Positions 1-12,316 of a stretch of 64,000 nucleotides of DNA are shown here, one piece after another. The translations under genes were made by a program, and so were the position numbers. Source of the stretch: Saccostrea cucullata (taxonomy: Eukaryota); NCBI RefSeq assembly GCF_032062105.1, contig NW_026931120.1:124001-188000 (forward strand). Direction: 5' to 3'. Position 1 is the stretch's first letter; each line of letters opens with the position of its first letter. The notes beneath the pieces were generated by a model that did not search any database, was not told where the DNA came from, and was given only the letters and a program-made list of their open reading frames with translations.

Positions 1-180
1 GATTTTGATGTAAATGTTATAATGAAATTTAAAATCAAAAATAATTCTTTTAGTGTCTGTGACATTTTATCCTTATTTTCATAAGAAAACTAAAATTGAA
101 TAAGGTTTCAAGCAATATTTAAAAAATTGAATCATTCTCTTTATTGCAAGGAATCACGCATTGTTATATGATGTACTAAC

Positions 181-2659
181 CCGTTACATTTTGCTGGCTT
201 TGTGAAGATCTAGACGTAGATACTGCAAAGAAAAAATGATCGAAATTTATTATCTTTTATTTATTGATTAAATATTTACATGTACACTTTTTTCATTGAG
301 CTACGTTCTTTTGTTAAATTCAGGCCAGAAACTATCTACTAATAGATTACAAACGTGAGTTATTTAAACGAAATTAATAATATACACGTAATATTTATTT
401 GAAATCCACGAACATGTTTGAATTCATATCTGTGGAATTTTCATTATCAAGGGTATGTGGTTGGCTGTACCTTCACAAAGTAGTCCAGTCCAACCTGGGA
501 CACACCCTGCTGAACAAAACCCTGTCTGGTTACATAATTTACCCAGGCAATGAGAGCTACAGGGCTCAGAACACAGGTCTCCATAATATTCCCGAATACA
601 ATCTGGAAAAGCCAACAAAAAAGCTTTATTGAAATTTTCTTTTGTATAAACACCTATAATTAATTTTAAAAATGAATAAACAACAATTTTTATTTTCAAA
701 TTTTTTCACCCTTATTTTTAAACCTGAGAAGAATTAATGAAATTCAGTAAAGGCAAGAATAGAGTGGAGTAATTTTAGAGCATCATAAACAAGTACCTTT
801 GCACAAACCGTCGTCTTGTCTACAACCTTTAACCCCACACTGAGCGTTACAACTCTCGTTACAATAAGCACCGTGTTGTCCGGGAACACAACCTAACACA
901 CATTTCCCACTTCCAAACTCACACGTGCTATTCAAACAGCCGTCTGGACAGAGAATCAGACAATAAGGACCATACGATCCCGGCCGACACCCAGACTTGC
1001 ATTTACCGCCAATTTCCTCGCAGATTCCACCGGTACAGTTGTCTGGACATGGATTTTCACACAGGTAACGTTCACGTTTGGCGAACCATCCTCTCTGACA
1101 ACCCCATTTACAGTAACCAGTAGTACCATCACACATGTCTCCACCTTGGCAGTGTTCACAAGGCTTACACAGGCCTGAATATAATTCCTTATAATAACCT
1201 AATTTACAGGTTTCGCAAACAACATATGGCTTATTTTTATTGTCTGTATATTCTTTACATGAACTGCAGTGAGGAAAATGTAAACTACAACTAAAATCAC
1301 AGTGTGGTAAATGCCAGCCTTTTTTACAACCGTTTTGGCATTCTCCAGATTCGTTGTTACATGTTTCTTTAACACCTTCTAAACAGTGATCACTACAAGA
1401 TTCCAAACATTGCTTGCTAATATATCCATCTTCACATCCGTTGAAACAACCAGTTTCATTACACAGAAGATCACCAGAATTCGAACTGCAGTGATCACTA
1501 CATGGACAGCAGCCCTTTTCTTGGGGATACCAATTTGTCTCATTTTTGCAACTTGAACAAAAACTGTTTTTGTTACTTCCACATTGTGATATTTCACATC
1601 TACAATCTTCTCCGAAATATCCAAAATTACATACCTTACATTTCCCATCGCGTTCACAATCGGTACACCTTTCTGGACACCTTAGCTTACAGTCTTCCCC
1701 ATAAAATCCTGTTTTACATGAATCACAAGTATTGTTATCCGAACACGTTTCACAGACATTTTTGCACGTTCCTTCACAATAAGGGCCGTGATAACCGTTG
1801 TCACATTTCCCACACTTCCCTGTATGTTGTGAACAATATGGGTGACTGCAGTGATCAGTGCATTGTTTATCACAGTGTTCTCCCCACCAACCGTGGTAGC
1901 AATTAAAACAAGTTGTGACGTCAAACTGACATAAGCTACAGTGCTCATAATTACATCTTTCCTTGCAAGTGTTACCGCTGTATCCATCTTTACAAGTCTG
2001 ACACGTTCCGTCTTTTTGATGACAAGAAGTAAACCCACAGTTCTGTGGGCAAGTCTTGTTGCACATTGTACCCCAAAACCCTGCATTACATCCCCAACCT
2101 GTACAGTTCCCAGTGTGTCTTTCACACCCATTTCGGCAATTTGGTGATGGACATGTCATATTACAAGTCATTCCATAAAATCCTTCGTTACATTTATAAC
2201 AATCTCCGGAAATTCTGCACCCCACCATGCAGTTTTCATTACACTTAAATTCACAGCTCTTCCCATAATGTCGATCATGACAGGAAACACAATCACCGTT
2301 GAGTTTATCACAGTCAAGGCACTGTGGGCATTTCTGTTCACACTTTGGACCGAAAAATCCATGGGCGCACTGACCCGAACAATTGCCTGAGGAGTGGTCA
2401 CAGCCATACCAACAGTTTGTGCAGTTATCTGTAAAATTCCTCTGTAATTTGCATTAAATGTATTACAAAACATTTCATCAACCCATTTGTAAAATTAGTA
2501 AGCCACACAAGCTTAAGAAAGAAAGTTCTTTATTCATTTCATTTAAGAGTTACATTTTTATGCCCGTTAAATTTCTTACATAATAAACCATTTGGTTTAA
2601 TTATTAAGAACACTTACAATTGAAATCAGCTCCGGAGGAACTATATGCATTCCAGTAAA
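181..2659 (-). CDS. Multi-EGF/laminin-EGF-like Cys-rich protein (MEGF10/SCARF/PTP-ectodomain-like), partial; continues beyond the left window edge
   Basis: Phase-1 exons with AG/GT ends: 2659-2618 (YWNAYSSSGADFN), 2428-797 (1632 bp; NCTNCWYGCDHSSGNC...GFYGxxC repeats, contains the ORF 783-2228), 602-471 (DCIREYYGDLCSEPCSSHC...GWTGLLCE), 222-181 (Ser/Thr-rich stalk). All exon lengths are multiples of 3. Confidence 0.88.
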
Positions 2660-2749
2660 CTGAAATCAGAGCAAAATAACAGCCTAAAATTAAAAACTTA
2701 ATATACATTGTTCAGAATAAATATAAAATTTACCCTACTGTGTAAACTG

Positions 2750-4400
2750 CTGAAAATATTGGTAATTGGTTTTGGAGTAGGGTAAAAAACACCCCTCAAT
2801 TGACATAAATACCTAAAAGTCCTATTTCTGAATGATAACGATGGAACGCACAGGTCAGCAAATTTAACTGTTGTCTAAACGGGTGAGATTATTTTTGTTT
2901 TGATAAGAGAAGTTATAAATCAGCACAGACATAAGACAAGTGTTTTTCTAAAGTTTAAAAGGTATTGAGAAAAATGTCTAAAGAACTGGAAAATAACGTA
3001 TCAAAGAATTGGGTAAGAGTTAAAATGATAAAATAAATTCTATCTATTTCATTGGAAATAAGTACTACGATAAGAACAAATAATTATATGTCTGGATCTG
3101 CTTCGCATAAAAACAAACTAAAATAATTCTGATGAATAAATGCAAAATAGGGGTACATGCCTTCAAAGTAAGTACGCTTTCTTTGCAAACTTCAAATGAT
3201 GTTGATTAAAACCGTTGGAGACACAAAGAAGTAAACAATATATGATGAAATTTTTATCCAGATAAATGTATTCCCTGAAGATATCGAGATGATATGGGTG
3301 ATTAAGTAACCAACTTAAAGTAAGATAGCATTAATAAACAAAAGGTTGTATCTCAAGACATTTATACCAAAGTCCAACCGACATATCTTCTGAAAATATT
3401 GTTGCATCAATTGTCTAATTTTTTCCTGATGTGTACACAAAGGTCTACAAGAGATGAAAAAAAAACAACATTCTTTTAAATAAGCAGAAAAAAGTTCAAC
3501 TTTTGTCATACGACCACAACCTTTCTTATAGGAGATTTCTGTATGTCAGTATTATCGTTCAAATGTGTTGTTTATCCTAGCTGCCGTCTATATACGTGGT
3601 AGATGATCTGAGGAAATACCCTAAGACTTATGGGGAAAAATGTCACGTTTGTATTTGATATGAACAGGTCCTTGTAACTTTATGCAATTAAGAAAGTAAA
3701 ACCGAGTGCAACCTTAGTCCATAGCAAATATTGGATTTAACATCATGGGAAATCGCCCTACTACTATTCAACAGCAACATGAAGGAATTACTACAGTTGG
3801 AAAAATGAAAATGAATATACAATGAAAAGCTAGTGGATGTGTCTCAGATCTGGTGACGCAATGGACATTCCATTGGATACTACAGCTTTAGGTTTCAACT
3901 ATCTTCAATATATATTGTGTAAGAGACATTGAATTATCTTAGACTTAAAATACTCTGCAGATGCTACTGTGGATAAGTGCAATCTAGCTTTATCAAATGA
4001 TTTTAAAAAATGTTGACTTGTTGACAGAAAAGTTGATAGATAATACTAATGAAGTTGGAGAAGAGAAAATTAAGACGAATGCCTGTAAATTAATGCCGCT
4101 GGTACTACTGTGAAAGAGCAACAGGGTTCAACTAAATAAAAAACAGCATTGGTTGCTTTGATAGACAAAAAAGGTATTTCAATAGTATGCAATATATATT
4201 TTAATATATGAGAAGCAAGATATTTCGTGGTAAAAGAATCTAATGGGATCACGGCTCGTGTTCCTTTTTCCAGAAAATGCTACTACCACATCATGATAGT
4301 AAAGAAGAAGAGTATCTGAGAGGAAATACGTGAAAAAAAAACAACAGAAAAGGAGTAAAGAAAAAAAGCAGGCACCAAAAACCAAAAACCATATGATAAC
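2750..4400 (+). mobile_element. Decayed Mutator-like (MULE) transposase pseudogene
   Basis: Frameshifted VQLLSYD/TTFLIGDFCMSVLSF from 3494 resembles the MULE first-Asp motif SYDTTFxLGDFYVS. DIPLDTTALGFNYLQY (~3865), YFVVKESNG..CYYHI (~4220-4290, SWIM-like) and a K/R-rich tail (~4330-4395) follow in the expected order. Many stops; boundaries approximate. Confidence 0.6.
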
Positions 4401-5368
4401 TGTCCTTTTGGTAATTTAATTCATTTTGATTGTTGGGAATGTTGAAAATATTTAAAACTGACAATGGATATTGACAATTTTTCTTTTTATAATGGGGGCT
4501 GTGACTAAAAGCTTGATTGCCACTTGCAGAATTAAAATCCTAGTTCCTCTAACTTGCTTCGTCATTTGGAATTAGTGCATACTGATCGTATGATCTATCC
4601 AATTCTTTTATCACTTTTGAATTATTGAGGATATAAGGATGGGTGGTTTGCATAATACCCCTCAATTACTTCATGAGACATTCCACAGCCATTTGAAACT
4701 TTTAATCCATTCTGAAAAGGTGTCAACGTCTTTTTTATGTGTTCAGCAATAAAACCTACCTTATTTAACAGTTGCATGTTGCTTCTCCATGTTTTATTAA
4801 ATTGAGAATAGTCATACTTAAGAAAAGTAAATATCGGATATCGAATATTAAAAGTATTTTATTTTACTAGATTGTCTAAACTTCTCTGAACATACTCGAG
4901 ATCTGATCCAAGTCGGAAGCTTATAAAAACATATTCTAAAAATGTAATACATTCTGGTGTAAAAGGGTTATACCCGTTTTGGTATGGTATATTTATAAGT
5001 AATAACAATACTGATTGTGTTACCTATGGGAAACAGGTAAGCTCTTTTAATAAACTTAAGGATAGAATTAAACGTTTATTTGTGGAAAACATTTTCTTTT
5101 CATTAATTCAATTTTCTTTTAAATATTTATTTCTGAAAGAATGCAGATTAAGTAGGATTTGAAGTACTTTTACACCAGTGTTTACTAGAACAATAAATCC
5201 TGTTTAACAAAATGTGCAATTTAAAATAGCTTTGAGGTACATGTAGTATTTATGCACTATGAAGAATACACTTCTCGCAACAAACATAATTGCTCGTCAG
5301 AAAAATAGAAAAGACATGTTAAATGTCCACAGCACATTTCCATAAATGGCTACTTAAGCCAAATTTAC

Positions 5369-5438
5369 CTGTAGTAAATAAATTCAATGTAACACAAATC
5401 AGTTTCCTTAAATTTGTCTCTAGCGGCGTTACCAGCAT
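5369..5438 (-). CDS. Candidate first coding exon of the EGF-repeat gene (MLVTPLETNLRKLICVTLNLFTT)
   Basis: ATG at 5438, open to a phase-1 G|gtaaat donor matching the phase of exon 2659-2618; only a weakly hydrophobic signal-like stretch. Confidence 0.35.
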
Positions 5439-5749
5439 TTCTTTATAAAACCAAAAAAGTAAGATAGCAAGAAAAACTCGGTTAAAAAATCAAAACATAA
5501 ACCTGAACTTTGCATTCTCTTCGTTAAAGTAAGGCTCATTATAAATTTTACTTTAGAAGAACTTGGATTTAAATACTACAAATGGTAATCAAACTTATAC
5601 TCATCCTTCCCTTTCTAAAAAAGAAATTCTTCGATTCGATATTATATGTCAGTTTTGAATATTTTTAATATTCCTTACAACCGGAATGAATTTGAATATT
5701 AACCATATCTATAGTGGATTCCAAAACTTCATAAAAATCCTTACAAAGA

Positions 5750-7155
5750 TACATTGCAGGTTCCATGTTATACCAAGTCTCCTTCTTTACTCCTCACGAA
5801 GATATTAACAGTAGTGAATGAGAAACTTCAAGGGTACTGTGCTACAATATATTCAAGAATTGGTGTAAATCAGATGTGGATACTTTAAAATTCCATGGAA
5901 CATTTGGACAATTTGAAAGCACAAGATTTCACCAAAATCAACAGCTTAAAAAATTATGACTTTTTCAACTTTACACACAAATATTACCCACGAGAAATTA
6001 AAGTCAAGGCTTTTTGATATTATTTACAGCTCCTTTTTAATAAAAATGGAATTCGTAAATTTACTTACCTTGTCATTGGTCATTTGCAAAATTATTTTGT
6101 TAAAAAACATTCCGATTGTACATACAAGTACTCTAAAGTTGACATCAAAACGATGCTTGAGTTTCTGATTGACAATATCTTTATGGTTTTTGGAGATCAG
6201 ATTTTCCAACAATCTATTGCAATTTCCACATGGGTACAAATTACGCCCCGTTATTAGCAGACATATTTTTGTATTCATATGAAGAGGAATTTGTCCAAAA
6301 TCTTATACGTTAAAAGAAGAAAACACTGCTGTGGCCTTCAACTCGATATTAAGATATAACAACGACGTATCGCGACGCCGTATTGTCAATTAACAATAGT
6401 AATTTCAATTCTTATGTCGATACAATATATCCTGGTGAGTTTGAGATAAAAGATACCACAGAGTCTGATACATCTGTTTCATATTTGGATATTTTACTTG
6501 AAAAAGACATTAATGGTATTCTAAGAACCAATCACTATAAACGTGATGACTTTAACTTTACGATCGTCAAACTTCCCTTACGCCAGTATACCTTGATCAC
6601 CTGCATGCGGAGTTCTTATTTCTCAGTCGATTCGATACGACAAGAGCATGCTCTGCGTATGAACAATTTCTAAAATGAGGTAAATTAGGTAAATTATTAC
6701 CAAACAAGTTGATGAAACAAAAATATCAGCAGTCTCGTTTGAAGTCATTATTTTGTAAGTTCTATGGTCGATACAATGACCTTGTCAGCAAATACAATTT
6801 ATCATTGAGTCAAAATACTGACTTACGTTTTTCATTCTATACAATTATGGACTCTTTTGGTGTTCAGTATGGTTTGTTATTCCTCAGAAAAATATCAATT
6901 TTGACCGAGGCGAAGCCGAGGACAATAGTGATATTTTTCTTGTGAATGATAAACCACATTCAACACCAAAAGAATCCATAATTGTTTTATTATATAGTCC
7001 GGATTTGAATAAATAAGGGGTGTGACCGGTCGACAGCGGATGGCACCTGATCCCACCACTGATATATTGGAGGTCCGTGTTTGCTCTGCTCCTATTTTGT
7101 ATTGTTTTATGGACTTTTGATCTTGAATACTGTTTGTTATCTCGATATGTTTCAT
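5750..7155 (+). mobile_element. Degenerate Penelope-like retroelement (RT C-terminal part plus 3' UTR; no C-terminal GIY-YIG seen)
   Basis: Fragments NQMWIL, YDFSTL..HEKLKSRLFDII, MGTNYAPLLAD.FLYSYE, SINN..YVDTIYPGEFEIKDTTES.SVSYLDI, SRLKS.F.KFYGRYNDLV; conserved 3' tail GGCACCTGATCCCACC...GGAGGTCCGTGTTTGCTC. Confidence 0.85.
6837..6997. mobile_element. ~160-bp palindromic MITE inserted in the 3' end of the Penelope-like element
   Basis: acaattatggactcttttggtgtt... pairs with ...aacaccaaaagaatccataattgt; central CGAGGCGAAGCCGAG; interrupts a tail that is continuous in the other copies. Confidence 0.75.
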
Positions 7156-9079
7156 ACAATATATGTACTCTGAATTTTAAATGATTGAATTACTACACTG
7201 TTCAATATACGAACCGTTCTTTTAATGAACAAAATATATTGCATGTTGTTGGAAATCATTAGGATGATTATTGCAATTGACTTCACACAAATTTGTATAA
7301 GATTAATAAAAAAAATTGGTGTTATGACTAATCAAAATTTACTTTTAAATACCCCGGTAAATAGAAAATCTTTATCCTGCTTGCATTATTAACATGCTGA
7401 GTATTCCACATTTAATCCAACTAACATTCATGAAAAAAAATCTTCATTTCCACGACCTACATGTACAATTGTGTATAAGCTATTTGGAATGACAAAAAAC
7501 TCTTGTATTATCTTAAAAAATTAAATGCAATATGAAGATTTTTTTTCTTTTACCATACAGATAGAATCCTTTTCAATAAACCAGTAAGTGTAGTTTTTAA
7601 ACAAAGATTCTAGTAATTTTTTTAAAACCTCATACTTCTACACATTACAACAAATAGGAAGAAGCATGGTGTAAACAAAAAAAATGCATACCTGGAGGTA
7701 AATTTCCTTGATTTCTTAACAAACAAAAACATGACATTGATTTGCATCATTAAAGGTTTTTTTTTTTTTTTTGAAGTACTCCAAAGAATCAAACAGTTCT
7801 TTAACCTTCTAGTCTATTTGTATTTAAAATAAAATTTAATATGTCAGTGGAAAAAATTTGTTTTAAAAGCATTTGTTTAAATTTTCCGAGTTTGACAGTG
7901 AAGTTTCCTTGCATTTAACAATGTATATTTTTAGGGTAAATCTTATGATAGTTTTGTGAAACCCGGCCCTGGCCTATTTGTTTGGTTTTTTTTTTATTTA
8001 CAAAAACTTGTCGATTTCCGTTCCGGTTAATGGAAGTAGGCTGAATACATGTAACAATTTGAATTGTTTCTCATACATTTTTATTTCAGCAAGTTAAGGT
8101 AGGAGGAACACTTTCATTGATATTCTGAGTTGGTTGTCTCCAAATGCAATAATAGATATTTTTCTTAACTTCTAATTGTACATAATAGTAATGTCTACTG
8201 ATCTCTGAAACCCTATTCCTTATGTTTACATATAGACTATTTATTTTACAGCACATTTCCGTGGATATAATAAAAACATGCCATTAATGTGGGCAAGGTA
8301 ACACATTACATGTAACCCAGACAAGCACTAGTAGCACAGAAGGAATAAGAGCAATGTGATTAAATTCTTTATAAAATTGAAATTCATTTCAGCTCATGTT
8401 GGATTGATCTCTCTTTCTGTTTGTTATATCAAGAATGGACGTGCATAAAGGATCTATTAGATAATTGAAGGAAAATACACAAGCCTAAAAATTTTTAAAT
8501 AGTCTAAAGTTTGAAAAAGGCAAAAAATAAAAACTATAAAAGTATTGCACCAGGTGATCGACTTGACTTTAAAACGAGAGTACCCAAAGTGTAATATAGT
8601 CAGCGCATATATCAACTGAGCAATGCTGACTAGAAGTTTGACTAGTATAGATTGTCAAAATCGGGTTTCTATGAAAACCTACAAAAATAAGGAAACCTAT
8701 GGAATGCCATATACGACAGCCAACTGCTTACTGCCAACTGCTGACTGCTTACTGCCAACTGTCAGCTGCTTACTGCCAACTGCCACACATATTTGAATAA
8801 AAATTTTATATTTTTATTGATATTTATATGAATTTTCACAAAAAAAGGGAAAAAAAGGCACGGATCCAGGACATTTTTTTCAAGGGGGTCACCTTGGTAA
8901 AATTGAATTGAATAAAATGACCAATATGTTTTATCTTATGTAATAGTCAATATATGCGGTTGATAAAGTACAATGTTTCTTATTTTTTAAATTTGTTTTC
9001 CTATTTGAAATAGGTAATAAAATGACTATTTTCTCCTTTTAATCTTTAAAGAAGCCCCCCCCCCTCCCCCGGAGACAAC

Positions 9080-9335
9080 AAAACCTTTGAAGAGAGAATA
9101 ATAATAAAAAAGATTTGTCGTTTCGCAGAGAAAGATGTTTTGAAAATAAATTTCCGTTTTCCATTATATTCTATATTTAAACATTTCCTCACATTAAAGA
9201 ATTTGGAGAAAATAAAACCTTTGAAGAGAGAATAATAATAAAAAAGATTTGTCGTTTCGCAGAGAAAGATGTTTTGAAAATAAATTTCCGTTTTCCATTA
9301 TATTCTATAGTTAAACATTTCCTCAAATTAAAGAT
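9080..9335. repeat. Tandem duplication of ~134 bp inside the foldback element
   Basis: aaaacctttgaagagagaataataataaaaaa...aaacatttcctca.attaaaga occurs at ~9080 and ~9214. Confidence 0.85.
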
Positions 9336-9358
9336 GTATATCTCTGTGTGTTATAATG

Positions 9359-9717
9359 CAAGCACGTAGCATCGTTTTTGAAAGGGGGGGGGGGCAACCA
9401 GAGAATTTTTTTTTTACTTACCTGAAAAAGTTGACAAGCCAAAAAAAAAAAGGAAATAGCCCAAACTCGAAAATCCTATTTCGTGGTGGTGGTGGTGGGG
9501 GGGGGGGGGTAACTTTTTTTAAGGCCAACTACCTTTCACTTACATTTTTTTCCACCCAATACTACATATCCTTGATATCATTATACTTACTATGGTAAGA
9601 AGGGGGGGGGGGGGGGGCAACCATCCTTTCAATATACATTTTCAATAGTAAAGGTAATGTTGGGAAAAAAAGTGGGGGGGGCTATGATCCCTCCCCCCCC
9701 TGTTGCTACGTCACTGT
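9359..9717. mobile_element. Nested small MITE with poly-G/poly-C subterminal tracts
   Basis: Left caagcacgtagcatc...GGGG; right CCCC...gttgctacgtcactg (imperfect TIR). A similar end, gctacgtgcctg, occurs at ~15195. Confidence 0.55.
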
Positions 9718-12079
9718 AATGTTTCACATGCATAGATCTCGGGGGGCATTTAAAATTTGTACAGTCATACGTTAAATAAACTAAAAACTACCGGTATAAC
9801 TGATCTTGGACCCTCCACTTAGAAAACGCCATCAAACATTTATATCTCTATTTCTACCAATAAGATATGCTTTACATGCATGGATCTAGAGAGAGGGGTC
9901 CGGAACACCTCTCTGAAATTTGTACAGTTATTTAATGCGCAAACTAAACCAACTAAAAGTCATTTAATGTATAAAATAAATCAACTAAAAGGGACCTTAG
10001 AACCCCCCCCCCCCCTTCCCCAACCGAAAATGTGGATTCGTGTTAAGTTGGTATGATAAATGTCATACACATTAAGGAAACCCCCTCTCCCCGGCCGAAA
10101 TAAATTTTCACATTTAGGAAAGGACTTTACGCATTTTTTTCTTGTCAAGAAATTTCTGGGTTGGATTTTTTTTTTACCAGAGTGACCCTTTTGGAAAAAA
10201 TGTCCTATAGATCCGCGTTTTTTTTTTTATTTACATAAATATCAATATAAAAATAAAATTTATTCAAATATGTGTGGCAGTTGGCAGTAAGCAGCTGACA
10301 GTTGGCAGTAAGCAGTCAGCAGTTGGCAGTAAGCAGTTGGCTGTCGTATATGGCATTCCATAGGTTTCCTTATTTTTGTAGGTTTTTTTTTTTAAAATTA
10401 ATTTCATCATTGGGCAGGAATCTTAAACTATTACATCCCAACCTATCAAAATATCGCAATTTTATTTAGGAGCAGGCCTGTCCTGACGGACTTCTAGGCC
10501 AAAATCCAGGCAAAAATCAACGCTTTAATGGACAAAAAGGTGTTTCGGTCATCTTTGGAGGCTTATTGGAAAGTTGTAAATAATAAGTTTTAGGTGTTAA
10601 ATACATATTTGAAAAATTTAGACAGACGTATATACAAATAAAGATTCATTTTAAAATGTAACTTTTTTCGGAAAATTGTTCTCGCTCCTATAGGTCAATT
10701 CTTTTATAATAGTGAATACATCCTTATCTACACTTATGTTCTTCGATTCAACTGCAATGAAAAATGATAAAGAGCTTTATTTTCCCCGTATAATCACATA
10801 CATTTCCACACTAAATGTGCGATAAATAATCAGTGAACACCGGTATGACATAGTACAAGTGCTTTGACATTACAATTCCCCTTGTGCATACTTCATACTA
10901 TAGCTACTTCCGGTAAAAAACAATGGGGCACTTCTTTGAAATGTGTTGGTTTCCTTCGTCAACATAAATCAAATTGCCCCTTATCTAAGGCAATTTTCAA
11001 AAATGTGTTCATCAGTATGTTAAAAAGTGTAACGAGTGCTACATAGTTTCATATACATGTGATATTCATTGATTATGCCTGTATTGTACTTTTTTACCAT
11101 TCAGTATACTATCAAGTACTTGTTTTATACGTTTGTTTCTTTAAGTCGGCTCAATGTAACATATTTTGAGGATTCTTGACAAGAAATCACTCAATACAAC
11201 CTCACTGTCTGACAAAGCATACGATTAATTCTTGATTAATTTGAAACAGCTTATCATGGTTTACCAATGTATGAAGGGTGTGAGGGATTTGAAGGTGATA
11301 AACAAATGAAACGATTTTCAAACTCATCTGAAATAATTTTTCTTAAGCTTGAATAATAAAATTGTGTCAGTGAAGTTTTGCTTTCTTGAAAAGAATCTCT
11401 GTTTTTTCCCTCTCTCTATGCACAGTGTACAAATCAAGACATCAACAGGAGAGATTTAACCGGAATAGGGGATTAAAGTTTTTCAGGGGAATATATAGAA
11501 AAAAAATCGTATTTATATATTTTCTCTAAACTAAATAATTAAAATATTAATTAGAATTTATGTACATGTAATCAAATAAGAGTCATAATAATCTTCAAGT
11601 ATCCACAGATATTGTAGTTTAGTTTTGTTCAAATCTTTGCCTGCCGTAGGTAGTTATCGCAGAGGTGAAAATTACAGGTATAGTTACCCCCCTCCCCCAA
11701 AATTCTAAACATTCGCCTTTATTACAATAAAGGTTCAACTGCTGCGTTATTTGCGCCTTAAGTTTTCAGATTAAGTAATAATCTATTATTACACTATAAA
11801 AAGTTTTGACGATTTATTGAAATAAATGAAAATTTCCATTGTGACTTATTTCATTGAAACCCGTATATATAAATCCAAGCCATAATTATCGATACATATT
11901 ATTCGCAATTTGGTTGTAATTTCAGTAAATTAAACAATGTATGAAATCCTGGTAATGATAGGTTGGGTGACTGCTCGGATTGACTGAGGGAATGTCACAC
12001 ACACAGATGTGTATGACACTAGCTTATATTAAAATTACAAAGTGAAATAAAGCGCATCTGTCCCCAGCCCCCTCGTCTC

Positions 12080-12098
12080 GTGTGCAAAGTTTGCACAC
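12080..12098. promoter_or_regulatory. Inverted pair of metal-response elements (MRE core TGCRCNC) upstream of zinc transporter copy 1
   Basis: GTGTGCA (12080-12086, reverse TGCACAC) and TGCACAC (12092-12098) form a near-palindrome ~220 bp upstream of the candidate ATG at 12317. Confidence 0.55.
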
Positions 12099-12316
12099 AG
12101 GACCCAGTAGATGATAAAAGTATATGAGCAAGTTAAATGTCCGAGTAGCTGAAAAAGGAAGAAATTAATTTGATCATTTTAATATGATGTGTCCTTTGGA
12201 ATAATTATATCTTAATATCGGGTGAAAAGAGAAACACTGAGATGATTTCATTTTTATATTCTATGAAATTGGCGGACATTATATAGGCATATTCCATCCG
12301 AACACAGTGCCCAAAT

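Larger units (their letters stand above)
8678..10382. mobile_element. ~1.7-kb non-autonomous foldback/TIR element with ~150-bp near-perfect terminal inverted repeats
   Basis: 8678-8830 (cctacaaaaataaggaaacctatggaatgcc...[ctgcttactgccaa]x3...) is the reverse complement of ~10232-10382; looser inverted match continues (8860-8893 vs 10180-10216); no coding capacity. Confidence 0.85.

Noticed and set aside
956-2473. Several overlapping ORFs within the EGF exon
   Set aside because: Shadow frames of Cys-rich coding sequence with no independent splice or domain support.
5750-7155. Hammerhead ribozyme or SECIS in the Penelope-like copies
   Set aside because: No CTGAnGA...GAAA core with flanking stems or convincing AUGA/AA/GA SECIS could be identified by eye; the copies are too decayed to interpret in-frame TGA codons.
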